In this document: positions 26,708 to 37,213 of the stretch, in pieces
How positions within the stretch are numbered: position 1 is the stretch's first letter
Layout: the number at the start of each line of letters is the position of its first letter
Origin: Parcubacteria group bacterium Greene0714_7
GTDB taxonomy: Bacteria > Patescibacteriota > Minisyncoccia > Phycocordibacterales > Phycocordibacteraceae
Assembly: GCA_007378985.1 (NCBI GenBank)
Contig: VMHB01000001.1
Coordinates: 192,252 to 256,251, forward strand
Length of the DNA stretch: 64,000 nt
Direction of reading: 5' to 3'
Program-made: the position numbers and the translations under genes
Notes under the pieces: model-generated
Seen by the model: the letters and a program-made list of their open reading frames with translations, nothing else
The model's database searches: none
What the model was told of the DNA's origin: nothing

Positions 26708-27460
26708 ATGGAATCTAAAATTCATATCTCGCTGAAAGCGGATTCGTTTGGAACTTTGTGGGGTATGCCCATCACGAGCAGTCTGCTTATGACATGGCTG
26801 GCAATGGGAATTCTCTTCCTTTTCGTGTTTCTGTTTAGGCGCTCCATTGCACTCATACCGGGAAAGCTGCAAGCAATGCTTGAGTGGGCTATTGAAGGCG
26901 CCCTGTCGTACATGACCGAGACCCTTGAGGATGCGAAGCTTGCTCGACGTTTTTTCCCACTCATAGCAACGCTCTTTCTCTTTATTCTGACTATCAACGA
27001 ACTCGCGTTCTTCCCTGGTGTAGGAAGCGTAGGGTTCTTTACTGAGCACGGATTCGCGCCACTACTCCGCCCTTCAACTGCCGACCTCAATACAACGCTC
27101 GCTCTTACCCTCATCTCAGTTATTATTGTTGAAATCACCGGTGTGGTAGCGTTGGGATTTTTCCGTTATACAGGGAAATTCATAAATTTCTCGTCACCAC
27201 TTAATTTTGTTGTTGGTTTAATTGAGTTAGTGAGCGAACTGGGACGCTTGGTATCGTTGTCGTTTCGTCTTTTCGGTAACATATTTGCGGGTGAGGTTTT
27301 GATCGCGGTGATTGCGCTGTTCGTGCCGTATATTATGCCTATCCCATTTATGCTCTTCGAAATTTTTGTTGGCTTTGTTCAAGCTGTTATTTTCTCTCTA
27401 CTGACTTTGTTTTTCATCAAACTTGCGGTTACGCCTCCTCATGCGAGCGAAGCTCATTAA
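26708..27460 (+). CDS. atpB: F-type ATP synthase subunit a
   Basis: Conserved a-subunit helix with the essential Arg (LSFRLFGNIFAGE). Confidence 0.85.
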   Translation: MESKIHISLKADSFGTLWGMPITSSLLMTWLAMGILFLFVFLFRRSIALIPGKLQAMLEWAIEGALSYMTETLEDAKLARRFFPLIATLFLFILTINELAFFPGVGSVGFFTEHGFAPLLRPSTADLNTTLALTLISVIIVEITGVVALGFFRYTGKFINFSSPLNFVVGLIELVSELGRLVSLSFRLFGNIFAGEVLIAVIALFVPYIMPIPFMLFEIFVGFVQAVIFSLLTLFFIKLAVTPPHASEAH

Positions 27461-27568
27461 AACTGAGGAAAAACAGCCTCAATTGCTAGCCTAGTGAGGG
27501 GAAATTGGTGTATACTAGCGAGGTAATTATCAAGCCGTAAGGCATTATTTTGTATTAATTAACTATAT

Positions 27569-27774
27569 ATGGACATTGATTCTGCAAAACTGATTGGTAT
27601 GGCACTCGCCGCAGGTTTGGGTGTGCTTGGACCTGGTATTGGTATTGGTCTTATTGGAGGACGAGCCCTGATGCATCAGGCAAGATTATTCCAAACATGA
27701 TCCTTGCTATTGTTTTCACCGAAGCCTTGGGTATTCTCGCTTTGGTTGTGGCCTTTATCATCAAGTTCGTCTAA
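27569..27774 (+). pseudogene. atpE: F-type ATP synthase subunit c with an apparent internal frameshift and a short deletion in the polar loop
   Basis: The N-terminal helix MDIDSAKLIGMALAAGLGVLGPGIGIGLIGGRAL is in frame 1. The C-terminal helix GKIIPNMILAIVFTEALGILALVVAFIIKFV is in another frame. The ARQPE loop is missing and frame 1 ends at a TGA at 27698. Confidence 0.45.
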
Positions 27775-27802
27775 TTGAGTTGATTTAGAAGGAATCTAAA
27801 AT

Positions 27803-28249
27803 ATGGGAGAGCTATTTGCTACATTCGGTCTTGATGTACGACTGCTTGGTATACAGGCAGTCAACTTTGGGATTACACTCGTTGTACTCTGGTACTTTTT
27901 GTATCGACCACTTCTTCGCATAATTAGCGAGCGAAAAGAGAAGATTGCGAAAGGTGTCCGTGATGCCGAAGCAGCAGCTCTCGCTGTTACAGAAATTGAA
28001 GAAAAGCGCACTTCAATGCTTTCTGCCACAGAGCGTGAGGCACAAGGCTTGGTTGAGCGTGCAACTCTCGAAGGTAAGGATGAGCGTGCAAAAATCATAA
28101 AAACTGCACAAGAAAGAAGCGACGCAATACTTGCCGATGCTAAAGCGGAGGCTGTGGAAATGCAACGCCGTGCTCTTGCTGAGTCTGAAAAGGAAATGAC
28201 TCGTTTGGCAGTGCTTGCTGCAGAAAAAATTCTTCGAAAACAATCATAA
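27803..28249 (+). CDS. atpF: F-type ATP synthase subunit b
   Basis: An N-terminal transmembrane helix is followed by a long charged coiled coil. Its position in the operon supports the call. Confidence 0.75.
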   Translation: MGELFATFGLDVRLLGIQAVNFGITLVVLWYFLYRPLLRIISERKEKIAKGVRDAEAAALAVTEIEEKRTSMLSATEREAQGLVERATLEGKDERAKIIKTAQERSDAILADAKAEAVEMQRRALAESEKEMTRLAVLAAEKILRKQS

Positions 28250-28255
28250 ACCACC

Positions 28256-28639
28256 ATGTCACTTGCTAATGCCTATGCTTCAGTTATCAATGAAACTCCA
28301 CAAGAGCTTCAAAATGCTGATTTTACTCTGAAGTTGCTTGCGTTTATGCGTGCACGAGGACATATGTCACTTCTTTCTGAGATTGTGCAAATACTGGAAA
28401 ATAAACCAAAAGAGGCTGACGCAGTAGTGACTGTCGCTCACGGGGCAGATTTGAAAGAATTTGCATCTGAAATAAAATCCGCTCTCTCTACATTAGGGGC
28501 GGATGCAAAAATACACCGCACCATCGTTGATGCTCGTGCTGTGGGTGGCTATTCAGTGCGTGCAGGTTCTCAGATAATTGATAACACTTTCAGAACAGCG
28601 CTTGTCGACATTTATCAAAAAACGGTAGGTAGTAGATAA
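28256..28639 (+). CDS. atpH: F-type ATP synthase subunit delta (short)
   Basis: An OSCP-like protein placed between b and alpha. 127 aa. Confidence 0.65.
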   Translation: MSLANAYASVINETPQELQNADFTLKLLAFMRARGHMSLLSEIVQILENKPKEADAVVTVAHGADLKEFASEIKSALSTLGADAKIHRTIVDARAVGGYSVRAGSQIIDNTFRTALVDIYQKTVGSR

Positions 28640-28714
28640 TCGGTAGCGCACTTTAAGCTCGTTACTTACCATTTACTACGTACTTTAAACTTGTTACTAA
28701 CTTACTAATCTCAT

Positions 28715-30274
28715 ATGGACATCAGCATCATTGAACGCCTCAAGAAAGAAATTGAATCCTTTGCACCAAATGCAAAACCAACTGAAACGGGCATCGTGCG
28801 CAAGGTGGGTGATGGCATTGTTGAGATAGAAGGTTTGGATGAAGTGTCGATGGCCGAGATGGTTCGTTTTGACGAGGGTTCGGTATCTGATGTGAAAGCA
28901 ACTATTGCACATGAGGATACACTCTATGGTGTTGTATTGAACTTGGAAGAGAATACCGTAAAGGCAATCATCCTCGGGGATTCGTCACGCATTAAAGAGG
29001 GAATGCTTGTGCATCGCACAAAGAAACTTCTTTCAATTCCTGTAGGAGACGCGGTTATTGGTCGCATTGTTGATGCACTCGGAGTTCCTATAGATGGGAA
29101 AGGGCCAATCAAAGCAGATGCCACAAGTCCTATTGAGCGCGAAGCGTACGGCGTTATCGATAGAGGCCCAGTAAATGTACCAATGCACACCGGCATTAAA
29201 GCAATTGATTCATTAATTCCTATTGGTCGTGGACAGCGTGAACTCATCATTGGCGACAGAGGCACTGGTAAAACAACAGTTGCTATCGATGCAATTTTGA
29301 ACCAACTTAATGAACCAAAGGAGACACGCCCTATTTGTGTATATGTTGCTATTGGTCAAAAAGAATCAAAGACTGCCCGCATTGCAGCGATGCTTAAAGA
29401 GCGCGGTGCGATGGATTACACCATTGTGGTATCGGCTCCAGCATCAGCTTCAGCAGCATTCCAATTCTTGGCACCGTACGCTGGCGTAACTTTGGGTGAG
29501 TATTTCATGGACAAAGGCAGAGATGTTTTGGTTATCTACGATGATCTTTCCAAGCAAGCTGTTGCGTACCGACAACTTTCGCTCCTCCTTCGTCGTCCCC
29601 CTGGACGCGAGGCATATCCTGGAGACATTTTCTATCTCCACTCAAGACTTTTGGAACGAGCCGCAAAACTTTCTCCTGAAAAAGGAGGAGGCTCTCTTAC
29701 GGCGCTTCCTATTATTGAAACGCAAGAAGGCGACATCTCGGCGTACATTCCAACCAATGTTATTTCCATTACTGACGGTCAAATGTTCCTCGAGGCTGAT
29801 CTCTTCAATAAAGGAACACGCCCTGCAATCAATGTAGGTATTTCAGTTTCTCGTGTCGGTTCTGCCGCTCAAACAAAAGCTATGAAGAAGGTGTCGGGAC
29901 GCATCAAGCTCGACCTCGCACAGTTCCGTGAACTTGAAGCATTCATGCAATTCTCACAAGATCTCGATGCTGAAACGAAGAAGACCATTGATGGAGGTCG
30001 TCGTCTTTCGGCAATTCTGAACCAAAACAAAAACGCCCCAATTCCATTTGAGCGACAGGTTGTTGTTATGTATGCAGTCACTAACGGCTTCTTCGATACA
30101 TTTGGTGCTGAACAGATGAGTGAAATAGAAGCAAAGTTCCTCGCGTATTTGGATAGGGAAGCTAAAGGCGTTCTTGACGCTATTCGTACATCAAAAGAAA
30201 TAGCTAAAGACACGGAGGAGAAACTTAAGACTGCCATTCAGTCGTTTGTTTCAACTGTAGATGTGAAAAGCTAA
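28715..30274 (+). CDS. atpA: F-type ATP synthase subunit alpha
   Basis: Walker A GDRGTGKT and the alpha-specific C-terminal domain. Confidence 0.95.
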   Translation: MDISIIERLKKEIESFAPNAKPTETGIVRKVGDGIVEIEGLDEVSMAEMVRFDEGSVSDVKATIAHEDTLYGVVLNLEENTVKAIILGDSSRIKEGMLVHRTKKLLSIPVGDAVIGRIVDALGVPIDGKGPIKADATSPIEREAYGVIDRGPVNVPMHTGIKAIDSLIPIGRGQRELIIGDRGTGKTTVAIDAILNQLNEPKETRPICVYVAIGQKESKTARIAAMLKERGAMDYTIVVSAPASASAAFQFLAPYAGVTLGEYFMDKGRDVLVIYDDLSKQAVAYRQLSLLLRRPPGREAYPGDIFYLHSRLLERAAKLSPEKGGGSLTALPIIETQEGDISAYIPTNVISITDGQMFLEADLFNKGTRPAINVGISVSRVGSAAQTKAMKKVSGRIKLDLAQFRELEAFMQFSQDLDAETKKTIDGGRRLSAILNQNKNAPIPFERQVVVMYAVTNGFFDTFGAEQMSEIEAKFLAYLDREAKGVLDAIRTSKEIAKDTEEKLKTAIQSFVSTVDVKS

Positions 30275-30308
30275 AACCTGATACCTGAAAGTTGACACCT
30301 AAAACCCC

Positions 30309-30413
30309 ATGTCTCTCAAAGATATCAAACTCAAAATAAAATCTGTTGACCCCAGTCGTAGAGCTGGAACAGCTCACAACGGGGCAGGCCGTACTCACAT
30401 ACTATGTCGTTAA
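30309..30413 (+). other. 34-codon upstream ORF that repeats the AtpG N-terminus and contains hairpin module C. Its TAA overlaps codons 3-4 of atpG.
   Basis: The uORF begins MSLKDIKLKIKSVD, identical to AtpG residues 1-14, yet 8 of 14 codons differ at synonymous positions. Confidence 0.45.
30348..30388 (+). repeat. GC-rich hairpin module C of the GACCCCAGT...ACGGGGCAGG family
   Basis: GACCCCAGTCGTAGAGCTGGAACAGCTCACAACGGGGCAGG. The inner stem is GAGCTG-GAA-CAGCTC. Confidence 0.6.
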
Positions 30414-31321
30414 AGGATATTAAATTGAAAATAAAGTCCGTGGACAGAACACGGAAAGTTACGAAGGCAATGGAATCTGTTTCTGCGGTGAAGATGCGCA
30501 AAAGTCAGATACGCGCAATTACCTCGAGGCCCTACGCTTCTTCCGCGCTCTCCATTCTGGAGCGCATGAGTGTTTCTCTCGCGTCTCTTAAACATCCGTT
30601 AACTGTTGTGCGACCTGTCAAAAAAGCAGCAATAGTTGTGGTTACCAGCGACAAGGGACTCTGCGGCATATTAAATGCAGCTGTTGTGAAATCTGCCTAC
30701 ACTCTTGCAGAATCATTGGAACTCCCTCGTGAAGCAATTTCTATCTACGCTTTTGGACGCAAAGGGGCTGAGTTTTTTGATCGCCGTGGATATCAAATTT
30801 TAGGAAAGTTTGAAAACGTTTCTGACGATGTTTCTGTTGCTGACCTAGCTCTTGTCTCAAATGATATCGCCCGTGCATTTCTAAATAAAGAATTTGACCG
30901 TGTTGATGTTGTATATACCAACTTTAAATCTACGTTTGAGCAAAGTGCTATTGCCCATAAAGTACTTCCACTCTCCATTGAAACAGTATCTGAAATAGTG
31001 AGCGGTATTGTGCCAGTAAAAGGAAAGTTTGCTGTGGTAGAGCGAGTGAAAGGTCCTGCATCATACACGGCAGAGCCATCTACTGAAGTTGTCGTAGACG
31101 CCCTCATTCCACGCCTTGTCAGTGTACTTTTCTTCCACGCACTTTTGGAGTCAAAAGCGTCAGAGCATTCAGCTCGTATGGTTGCCATGAAGAATGCGTC
31201 AGATAAATCTCGAGATCTTTCTAAGCTACTGACAAGAAAATACAACAAAGCTCGTCAGGCGCTTATTACCAGAGAAGTTTCCGAGATTGTTGGAGGTATC
31301 GAGGCCATGGCAACGAGTTAG
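30404..31321 (+). CDS. atpG: F-type ATP synthase subunit gamma
   Basis: Gamma subunit N- and C-terminal coiled-coil helices (MSLKDIKLKIKSV...ITREVSEIVGG). Confidence 0.9.
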   Translation: MSLKDIKLKIKSVDRTRKVTKAMESVSAVKMRKSQIRAITSRPYASSALSILERMSVSLASLKHPLTVVRPVKKAAIVVVTSDKGLCGILNAAVVKSAYTLAESLELPREAISIYAFGRKGAEFFDRRGYQILGKFENVSDDVSVADLALVSNDIARAFLNKEFDRVDVVYTNFKSTFEQSAIAHKVLPLSIETVSEIVSGIVPVKGKFAVVERVKGPASYTAEPSTEVVVDALIPRLVSVLFFHALLESKASEHSARMVAMKNASDKSRDLSKLLTRKYNKARQALITREVSEIVGGIEAMATS

Positions 31322-31354
31322 AAAGAATAGAAGAATTAAGGTAAAATCAAAAAC

Positions 31355-31528
31355 ATGACACTTCTAGCTGAAAGAGTACATAGAAAAAATTCTGACAAAG
31401 GATTGAAAACAGTGGTGGAAACTGACGGAGTTCGAAAAAGTTCGTGGCGTCTTACTGAGGCTGAGCAGGCTATCTTAAGGGTATTAAATGGCGAGGCAAC
31501 TGTAGGGCCTGTTTGGGATATAAAATAA
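31355..31528 (+). CDS. Small ORF (57 aa) in the atpG-atpD spacer, below the ORF-track threshold
   Basis: ATG...TAA is open. MTLLAERVHRKNSDKGLKTVVETDGVRKSSWRLTEAEQAILRVLNGEATVGPVWDIK. Confidence 0.3.
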   Translation: MTLLAERVHRKNSDKGLKTVVETDGVRKSSWRLTEAEQAILRVLNGEATVGPVWDIK

Positions 31529-31532
31529 AAAT

Positions 31533-31724
31533 ATGGCATCACCAGAAAGAAAGGGAAGATTAGACATTAGTGAGGTTCCATTTCGTGGGCGCCTTGCTTC
31601 CGCTGGTGGTTTTGATGGGAGAGGTCGAGGTGGCGGAGGTAGACTTGAGGATGAGAAATTTAGACCTCGCCTCCTTCAAGGAGGATTAAGTTCATCTTCA
31701 GATCCGGAAAATCAAAAAGAATAA
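31533..31724 (+). CDS. Small Arg/Gly-rich ORF (63 aa) in the atpG-atpD spacer
   Basis: RGG-like tract FDGRGRGGGGRLEDEKFRPR. It is on the same strand as the operon. Confidence 0.3.
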   Translation: MASPERKGRLDISEVPFRGRLASAGGFDGRGRGGGGRLEDEKFRPRLLQGGLSSSSDPENQKE

Positions 31725-31770
31725 AAGAAATTAATATATTAAAAGTTGCAACCTATAACCTGACACCTAA

Positions 31771-33156
<1,386 letters not shown>

Positions 33157-33316
33157 CTTCCTATGGCTTTACTCAATCAGGCAGAAAGTTTGCGGGCTCC
33201 TCAAAAGCACACGGGGGGTGGTAACTGGCTAGAGGCATATCTAAATATGTTGTTTAAGGTGTCAGGACCGATGATGGATTTTCTCTTACTAACTACTCCA
33301 AAAAAGAATTAGGCTT

Positions 33317-33547
33317 ATGTTGGTTGTTATTGCAAAAGTTCATGAGAATCTTTTTTCAGGGGAAGCACTCTCGCTTTCTGCTATGACCACAGAAGGGAAG
33401 CTCACTATACTCCCCAAGCACGAGCCCTTTGTGGCGAATTTGAAGGCGGGAGAGGTGACAGTAAAGACAACATCAGGAGAGCAAAAATTTGATATTACTG
33501 GTGGTGTTCTTGAAGTTTCCAACAATCAGGTAACGGTGCTTTTGTAA
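33317..33547 (+). CDS. atpC: F-type ATP synthase subunit epsilon (N-terminal beta-sandwich only, 76 aa)
   Basis: Epsilon N-domain pattern, last gene of the operon. Confidence 0.75.
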   Translation: MLVVIAKVHENLFSGEALSLSAMTTEGKLTILPKHEPFVANLKAGEVTVKTTSGEQKFDITGGVLEVSNNQVTVLL

Positions 33548-33548
33548 T

Positions 33549-33740
33549 ATGGCTAAGCGTGCAACTGCTGTAGAGGCAAATTTGGCGGATTTTTGGAGTG
33601 TAGTTAGCCATCCTCTCAATTTCGAAAATCCAGCTACACGAGACACTGTTCGAAAAATTGCTTTCAGTGCCATGAAGAAATGTAATAGAGAAGATGCTCT
33701 AAAAATACAAGCTTTTTTGGATGAGTATAACTGTGGTTGA
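33549..33740 (+). CDS. Small hypothetical ORF translationally coupled to atpC
   Basis: Its ATG lies 2 nt after the atpC stop. 63 aa, no recognisable domain. Confidence 0.3.
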   Translation: MAKRATAVEANLADFWSVVSHPLNFENPATRDTVRKIAFSAMKKCNREDALKIQAFLDEYNCG

Positions 33741-33770
33741 CAAAATTGTATTTTGGAGTATAAATAAGAA

Positions 33771-33935
33771 ATGGCAAGTAAGAAACCAAGAGAAGCTCGG
33801 GAAAAAATATCCTGGTGTGCACAGCTATATTGTCTGCTTCCGGGTCAAGTAGTTTGTATTCATTGCAGAGATATATACTGTTTCTTTCATTATGCTATTC
33901 ACCGAGCAATCAGTAGTTGTTCAGTAAAATTCTAA
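33771..33935 (+). CDS. Cys-rich small protein (54 aa, 7 Cys) with its own promoter-like boxes and terminator
   Basis: TTGACA at 33737, TAAATA at 33761, ATG at 33771. MASKKPREAREKISWCAQLYCLLPGQVVCIHCRDIYCFFHYAIHRAISSCSVKF. A terminator follows at 33954. Confidence 0.4.
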   Translation: MASKKPREAREKISWCAQLYCLLPGQVVCIHCRDIYCFFHYAIHRAISSCSVKF

Positions 33936-33953
33936 GATGAGGCATTGCTAGTA

Positions 33954-33981
33954 CGACATCACTGATGTGATGTCGTTTTTT
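33954..33981 (+). terminator. Rho-independent terminator
   Basis: CGACATCAC-TGAT-GTGATGTCG followed by TTTTTT. Confidence 0.7.
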
Positions 33982-34078
33982 AATTATTTTTTTGAAACAC
34001 TAACCTTCGTTATTAAGAAGGATTCCAGAATTGTTTGTAGTGCGAGGGGAGTCCTCATGCTACATAAGTGTAAGTTTT

Positions 34079-37000
34079 TTAGAGAGGGGAAGAAGGGTTC
34101 CAGAATTGTTTCCCCGGGTTTCGGTAGACGAGGATTGGTGTGAGTACGAGTGTCAGAATCATTGCAAATGAGAGACCAAACATAATAGCGAAGGCAAGAG
34201 GTCCCCATAGTGCAGATGCGCCAGCGAGAGGAATCATACCAATGACGGTAGTGATGGTAGTGAGAACAATTGGTCGAAGCCTGCTTGCTGAACCGTCAAC
34301 AACTACCTCCTCCAGTGTCTTTCCTTCGGGATTCTTCATGCGGATTATGATTGAGTCCACAAGAATTATGGCGTGGTTGATTATGACACCAGCAAGTGCA
34401 ATGACACCTAAGAGAGATGAGAACGAGAGCGGTTGTCCCGTAAGTGCAAGGCCACCTAATACTCCAATGAGAGAAAGAATGACGAGCATGAGGAGATAGA
34501 ACGAATAGCGGAATGAATTGAATTCGAGTACTAGAACTGCAAGCATAAGCACCAAACCAGCGAGGAAGGCAATTCCCATTTCGCTGAATGACTTATTTAC
34601 ATCTTCCGTTTCGCCTCCGATTTTCATTACGACACCAGTAGGCAAAGTTTCTTTTTCAATAGCTTTTTTGAATGCGGTAGATACCTCAACAGCTGTTGCT
34701 CCTCCTGCAGTGTAGCTAGAGACAGTAGCAATGTTTTTTTGGTCTTGGCGCCTAATAACTGCGTTTGATTTTTCAATAGAAGGGGAGAGAATTGAGCCTA
34801 ACAGTACTGTGCCTCGAGGCGTTTTTACAGAGAGGTTTAAGAGCGTATTGATATCTGCTTTTGTAGTATCTTCCGGTTCTTGCCAAGAAGGGTTGAGGTT
34901 TGTGGAGACAAGAACGTCGATGTCCTCGGTGTCATTTTTTATAGTGGTTGCAACAACACCTGAGACTGCAGTTCGGAGAATGCTTGCTACCTGTAGAGGA
35001 GAGAGCCCCACTTGTGATGCCTTGGCGCGGTCAATAGTGAGGGCAAACTGTGTTCCATCGTCCTTAATAGATGTAGCTACTTCAGCAGTACCTTTAATGG
35101 AGCGCATTATTTTTTCGCCTGTAGCTACTGAGCGCTCTAAGTCATCAAGATTGTCTCCAGAGAAGGTTATAAGAACTGGGGCGCCTGAAGGTGGTCCGCC
35201 AGCTGGCTCGAATGCATTTACAGAAAATTCATGGAAAACAGAAACTTTGTTTCTGAGCTCTTCAGTAATTTGTGTTGAAGTTTGTTTTCGATCTTCTTTC
35301 GGTACAAGCTTGATGGTGATGTTTGCGTATTTGGCACCGCTGGATTGATTTTGACTTAATCCTGATGAGGCACCAACAGTTGTTACAAATGAGCTGATAC
35401 GCGAATCGTTATAAAGAAGCTCTTCTACACCTCGGGTGGCAAGATCAGTCACTTCAAGTGGTGTGCCTTGCTTTGCTTCTACTTCAAGATATACATAATC
35501 GGCATCCTCTGATGGGAAAAAGAGCACTTTCACAATGCCTGACACTGGTAAGAGAATTGCTACGACGAGAGCGAGACCCAATCCAAGCATGAATCTATTT
35601 TGGAATTTTCTATTTTTCAAAACTCCCGTAAGAAAGCTTCGGTACCATACTTGCGCTTTGTTGTTCCACTCTTCTTGTATGATTTGAAGTTTGCCAGTGC
35701 TTCGCTTGGTGAGATTTATTGCAATTAATGGCACTAAACCGAGTGCTACAAAAATCGAAGCAATAAGAACGGTAATGATTGTAAAGGGGATTGATTGAAT
35801 GTATTGACCTACAATACCTGAAATAAAGAAGAGTGGCGCAAACATAACGACAGTCGTCATAGTGCCTGCGGTTAGGGGCCTGGCATATTCGCGAATCGCT
35901 TCTTTTGCTGCACGAATTGGATCCCCAAATTTCTGATAGCGCGTGTGAATTGCTTCCGTCACCACGATGCCAGAATCAACAAGAATGCCGATTGCAAGAA
36001 TGAGTGCAAAGAGGGAGACGAAATTTATGGTGTTACCTGAAGCGTTCAGTCCTATGAATGCAATAACGAAAGAAAGAGGAATTGAAAGTCCTGCAACGAG
36101 AGATTCTCGCCAGCCAATTGTTAACACAAGACAGATCATGACGAGAGCGATTGTTTCTAAGCCAACTTTAGTAAGTTCGCTCAAACTTTTCTGAACTTCT
36201 TCTCCAAGGTCAATCGAGATATCGGTAGTAATACCCAAAAGCATTGTTCCCGAGAGCGAGTTTAGTTTTTCTTTTGCTGCTGATGCTGTTTTGAAAATAT
36301 TTCCTCCAGCTTTTTTATATACTGAAAGGGTAATTGCAGGCTCTGCTGGAGCGCCTTTAGTAGAAACGCGAGATACACTTTTTGCTTTCTCAAGACCGTT
36401 AACGATGTCCGCTACATCGCGAAGATAAATTGGGTTGCCATCTAAATTCCCGATACTTGTTTGCGCGAGTTCTTCTGGATCATTCAAATCGCCCTTAAAG
36501 GCAACAGAATACTCAATGGCATCGACAGTTATAGTGCCAACAGGTAAAGAACTATTGGACGCACTTAGGGCAGATACTACGTCCGTAAGTGATAGTCCGT
36601 ATGATTGTAAAGCTTCTTTGCGAACTATTATGTTCGCTTCTCGTTCGCGGGTACCGCTGATTTCCACTCTGGACACACCAGATACTTGTTCAAGTTCATC
36701 CTGCACATCTTTGGCAAGACGAGTAAATTCTGTTGGTGGAAGTCCGCCAGAAAGAGACACTATAAAAATTGGTTGATCGTTCGCTGTGATGCGGAGTACT
36801 ACAGGTTCGTCTGCATCTTTAGGAAGTTTTGGTTTTGCACGGTCAACCGCATCTTTAACATCCTGAATTGATTTATCAATATTTGCCGATGCTTCAAATT
36901 CAGCACTCACTACAGAGACTCCCTCGCGAGAAGAGGAAGTGAGTTTGTGAAGGTTCTCAACAGTGCCAACCTCTTTCTCTATTTCCTTTGTTATGAGTTT

Positions 37001-37183
37001 TTCAGTGTCTGCCGCGGAGGCACCACGAAGCGTTGTTTGAATAATGGCAATAGGAATTGTTACCTCTGGGGCATTCTCTTTTGGTATTGCTAAAACGGCT
37101 ACAAATCCCGCCACCACAAGAGCGATTATCACTAGAATAGTGAACTGCCTGCGTTCAATGAAAAAGTTCCAAAATTTATGCAT
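34079..37183 (-). CDS. RND family efflux transporter (AcrB/HAE1-like), 1034 aa
   Basis: Twelve transmembrane helices plus large periplasmic loops, typical of AcrB/CzcA. Confidence 0.9.
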   Translation of the reverse strand: MHKFWNFFIERRQFTILVIIALVVAGFVAVLAIPKENAPEVTIPIAIIQTTLRGASAADTEKLITKEIEKEVGTVENLHKLTSSSREGVSVVSAEFEASANIDKSIQDVKDAVDRAKPKLPKDADEPVVLRITANDQPIFIVSLSGGLPPTEFTRLAKDVQDELEQVSGVSRVEISGTREREANIIVRKEALQSYGLSLTDVVSALSASNSSLPVGTITVDAIEYSVAFKGDLNDPEELAQTSIGNLDGNPIYLRDVADIVNGLEKAKSVSRVSTKGAPAEPAITLSVYKKAGGNIFKTASAAKEKLNSLSGTMLLGITTDISIDLGEEVQKSLSELTKVGLETIALVMICLVLTIGWRESLVAGLSIPLSFVIAFIGLNASGNTINFVSLFALILAIGILVDSGIVVTEAIHTRYQKFGDPIRAAKEAIREYARPLTAGTMTTVVMFAPLFFISGIVGQYIQSIPFTIITVLIASIFVALGLVPLIAINLTKRSTGKLQIIQEEWNNKAQVWYRSFLTGVLKNRKFQNRFMLGLGLALVVAILLPVSGIVKVLFFPSEDADYVYLEVEAKQGTPLEVTDLATRGVEELLYNDSRISSFVTTVGASSGLSQNQSSGAKYANITIKLVPKEDRKQTSTQITEELRNKVSVFHEFSVNAFEPAGGPPSGAPVLITFSGDNLDDLERSVATGEKIMRSIKGTAEVATSIKDDGTQFALTIDRAKASQVGLSPLQVASILRTAVSGVVATTIKNDTEDIDVLVSTNLNPSWQEPEDTTKADINTLLNLSVKTPRGTVLLGSILSPSIEKSNAVIRRQDQKNIATVSSYTAGGATAVEVSTAFKKAIEKETLPTGVVMKIGGETEDVNKSFSEMGIAFLAGLVLMLAVLVLEFNSFRYSFYLLMLVILSLIGVLGGLALTGQPLSFSSLLGVIALAGVIINHAIILVDSIIIRMKNPEGKTLEEVVVDGSASRLRPIVLTTITTVIGMIPLAGASALWGPLAFAIMFGLSFAMILTLVLTPILVYRNPGKQFWNPSSPL

Positions 37184-37213
37184 AAGAGTTAGCTAATGGC
37201 TATACCCTAAAAC

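Noticed and set aside
34016-34112. 19-nt direct repeat (GGATTCCAGAATTGTTTG / GGGTTCCAGAATTGTTTCC) at the 3' end of the RND gene
   Set aside because: It is short and imperfect and is probably a local partial duplication. There is not enough evidence for a functional element.
34140-36871. Multiple 60-200 aa ORFs on the plus strand inside the RND transporter gene, and similar antisense ORFs inside uvrA, uvrB, atpA, atpD, leuS and alaS
   Set aside because: They are antisense to well-supported long CDSs, have biased composition from the opposite-strand codon structure and contain no recognisable domains.
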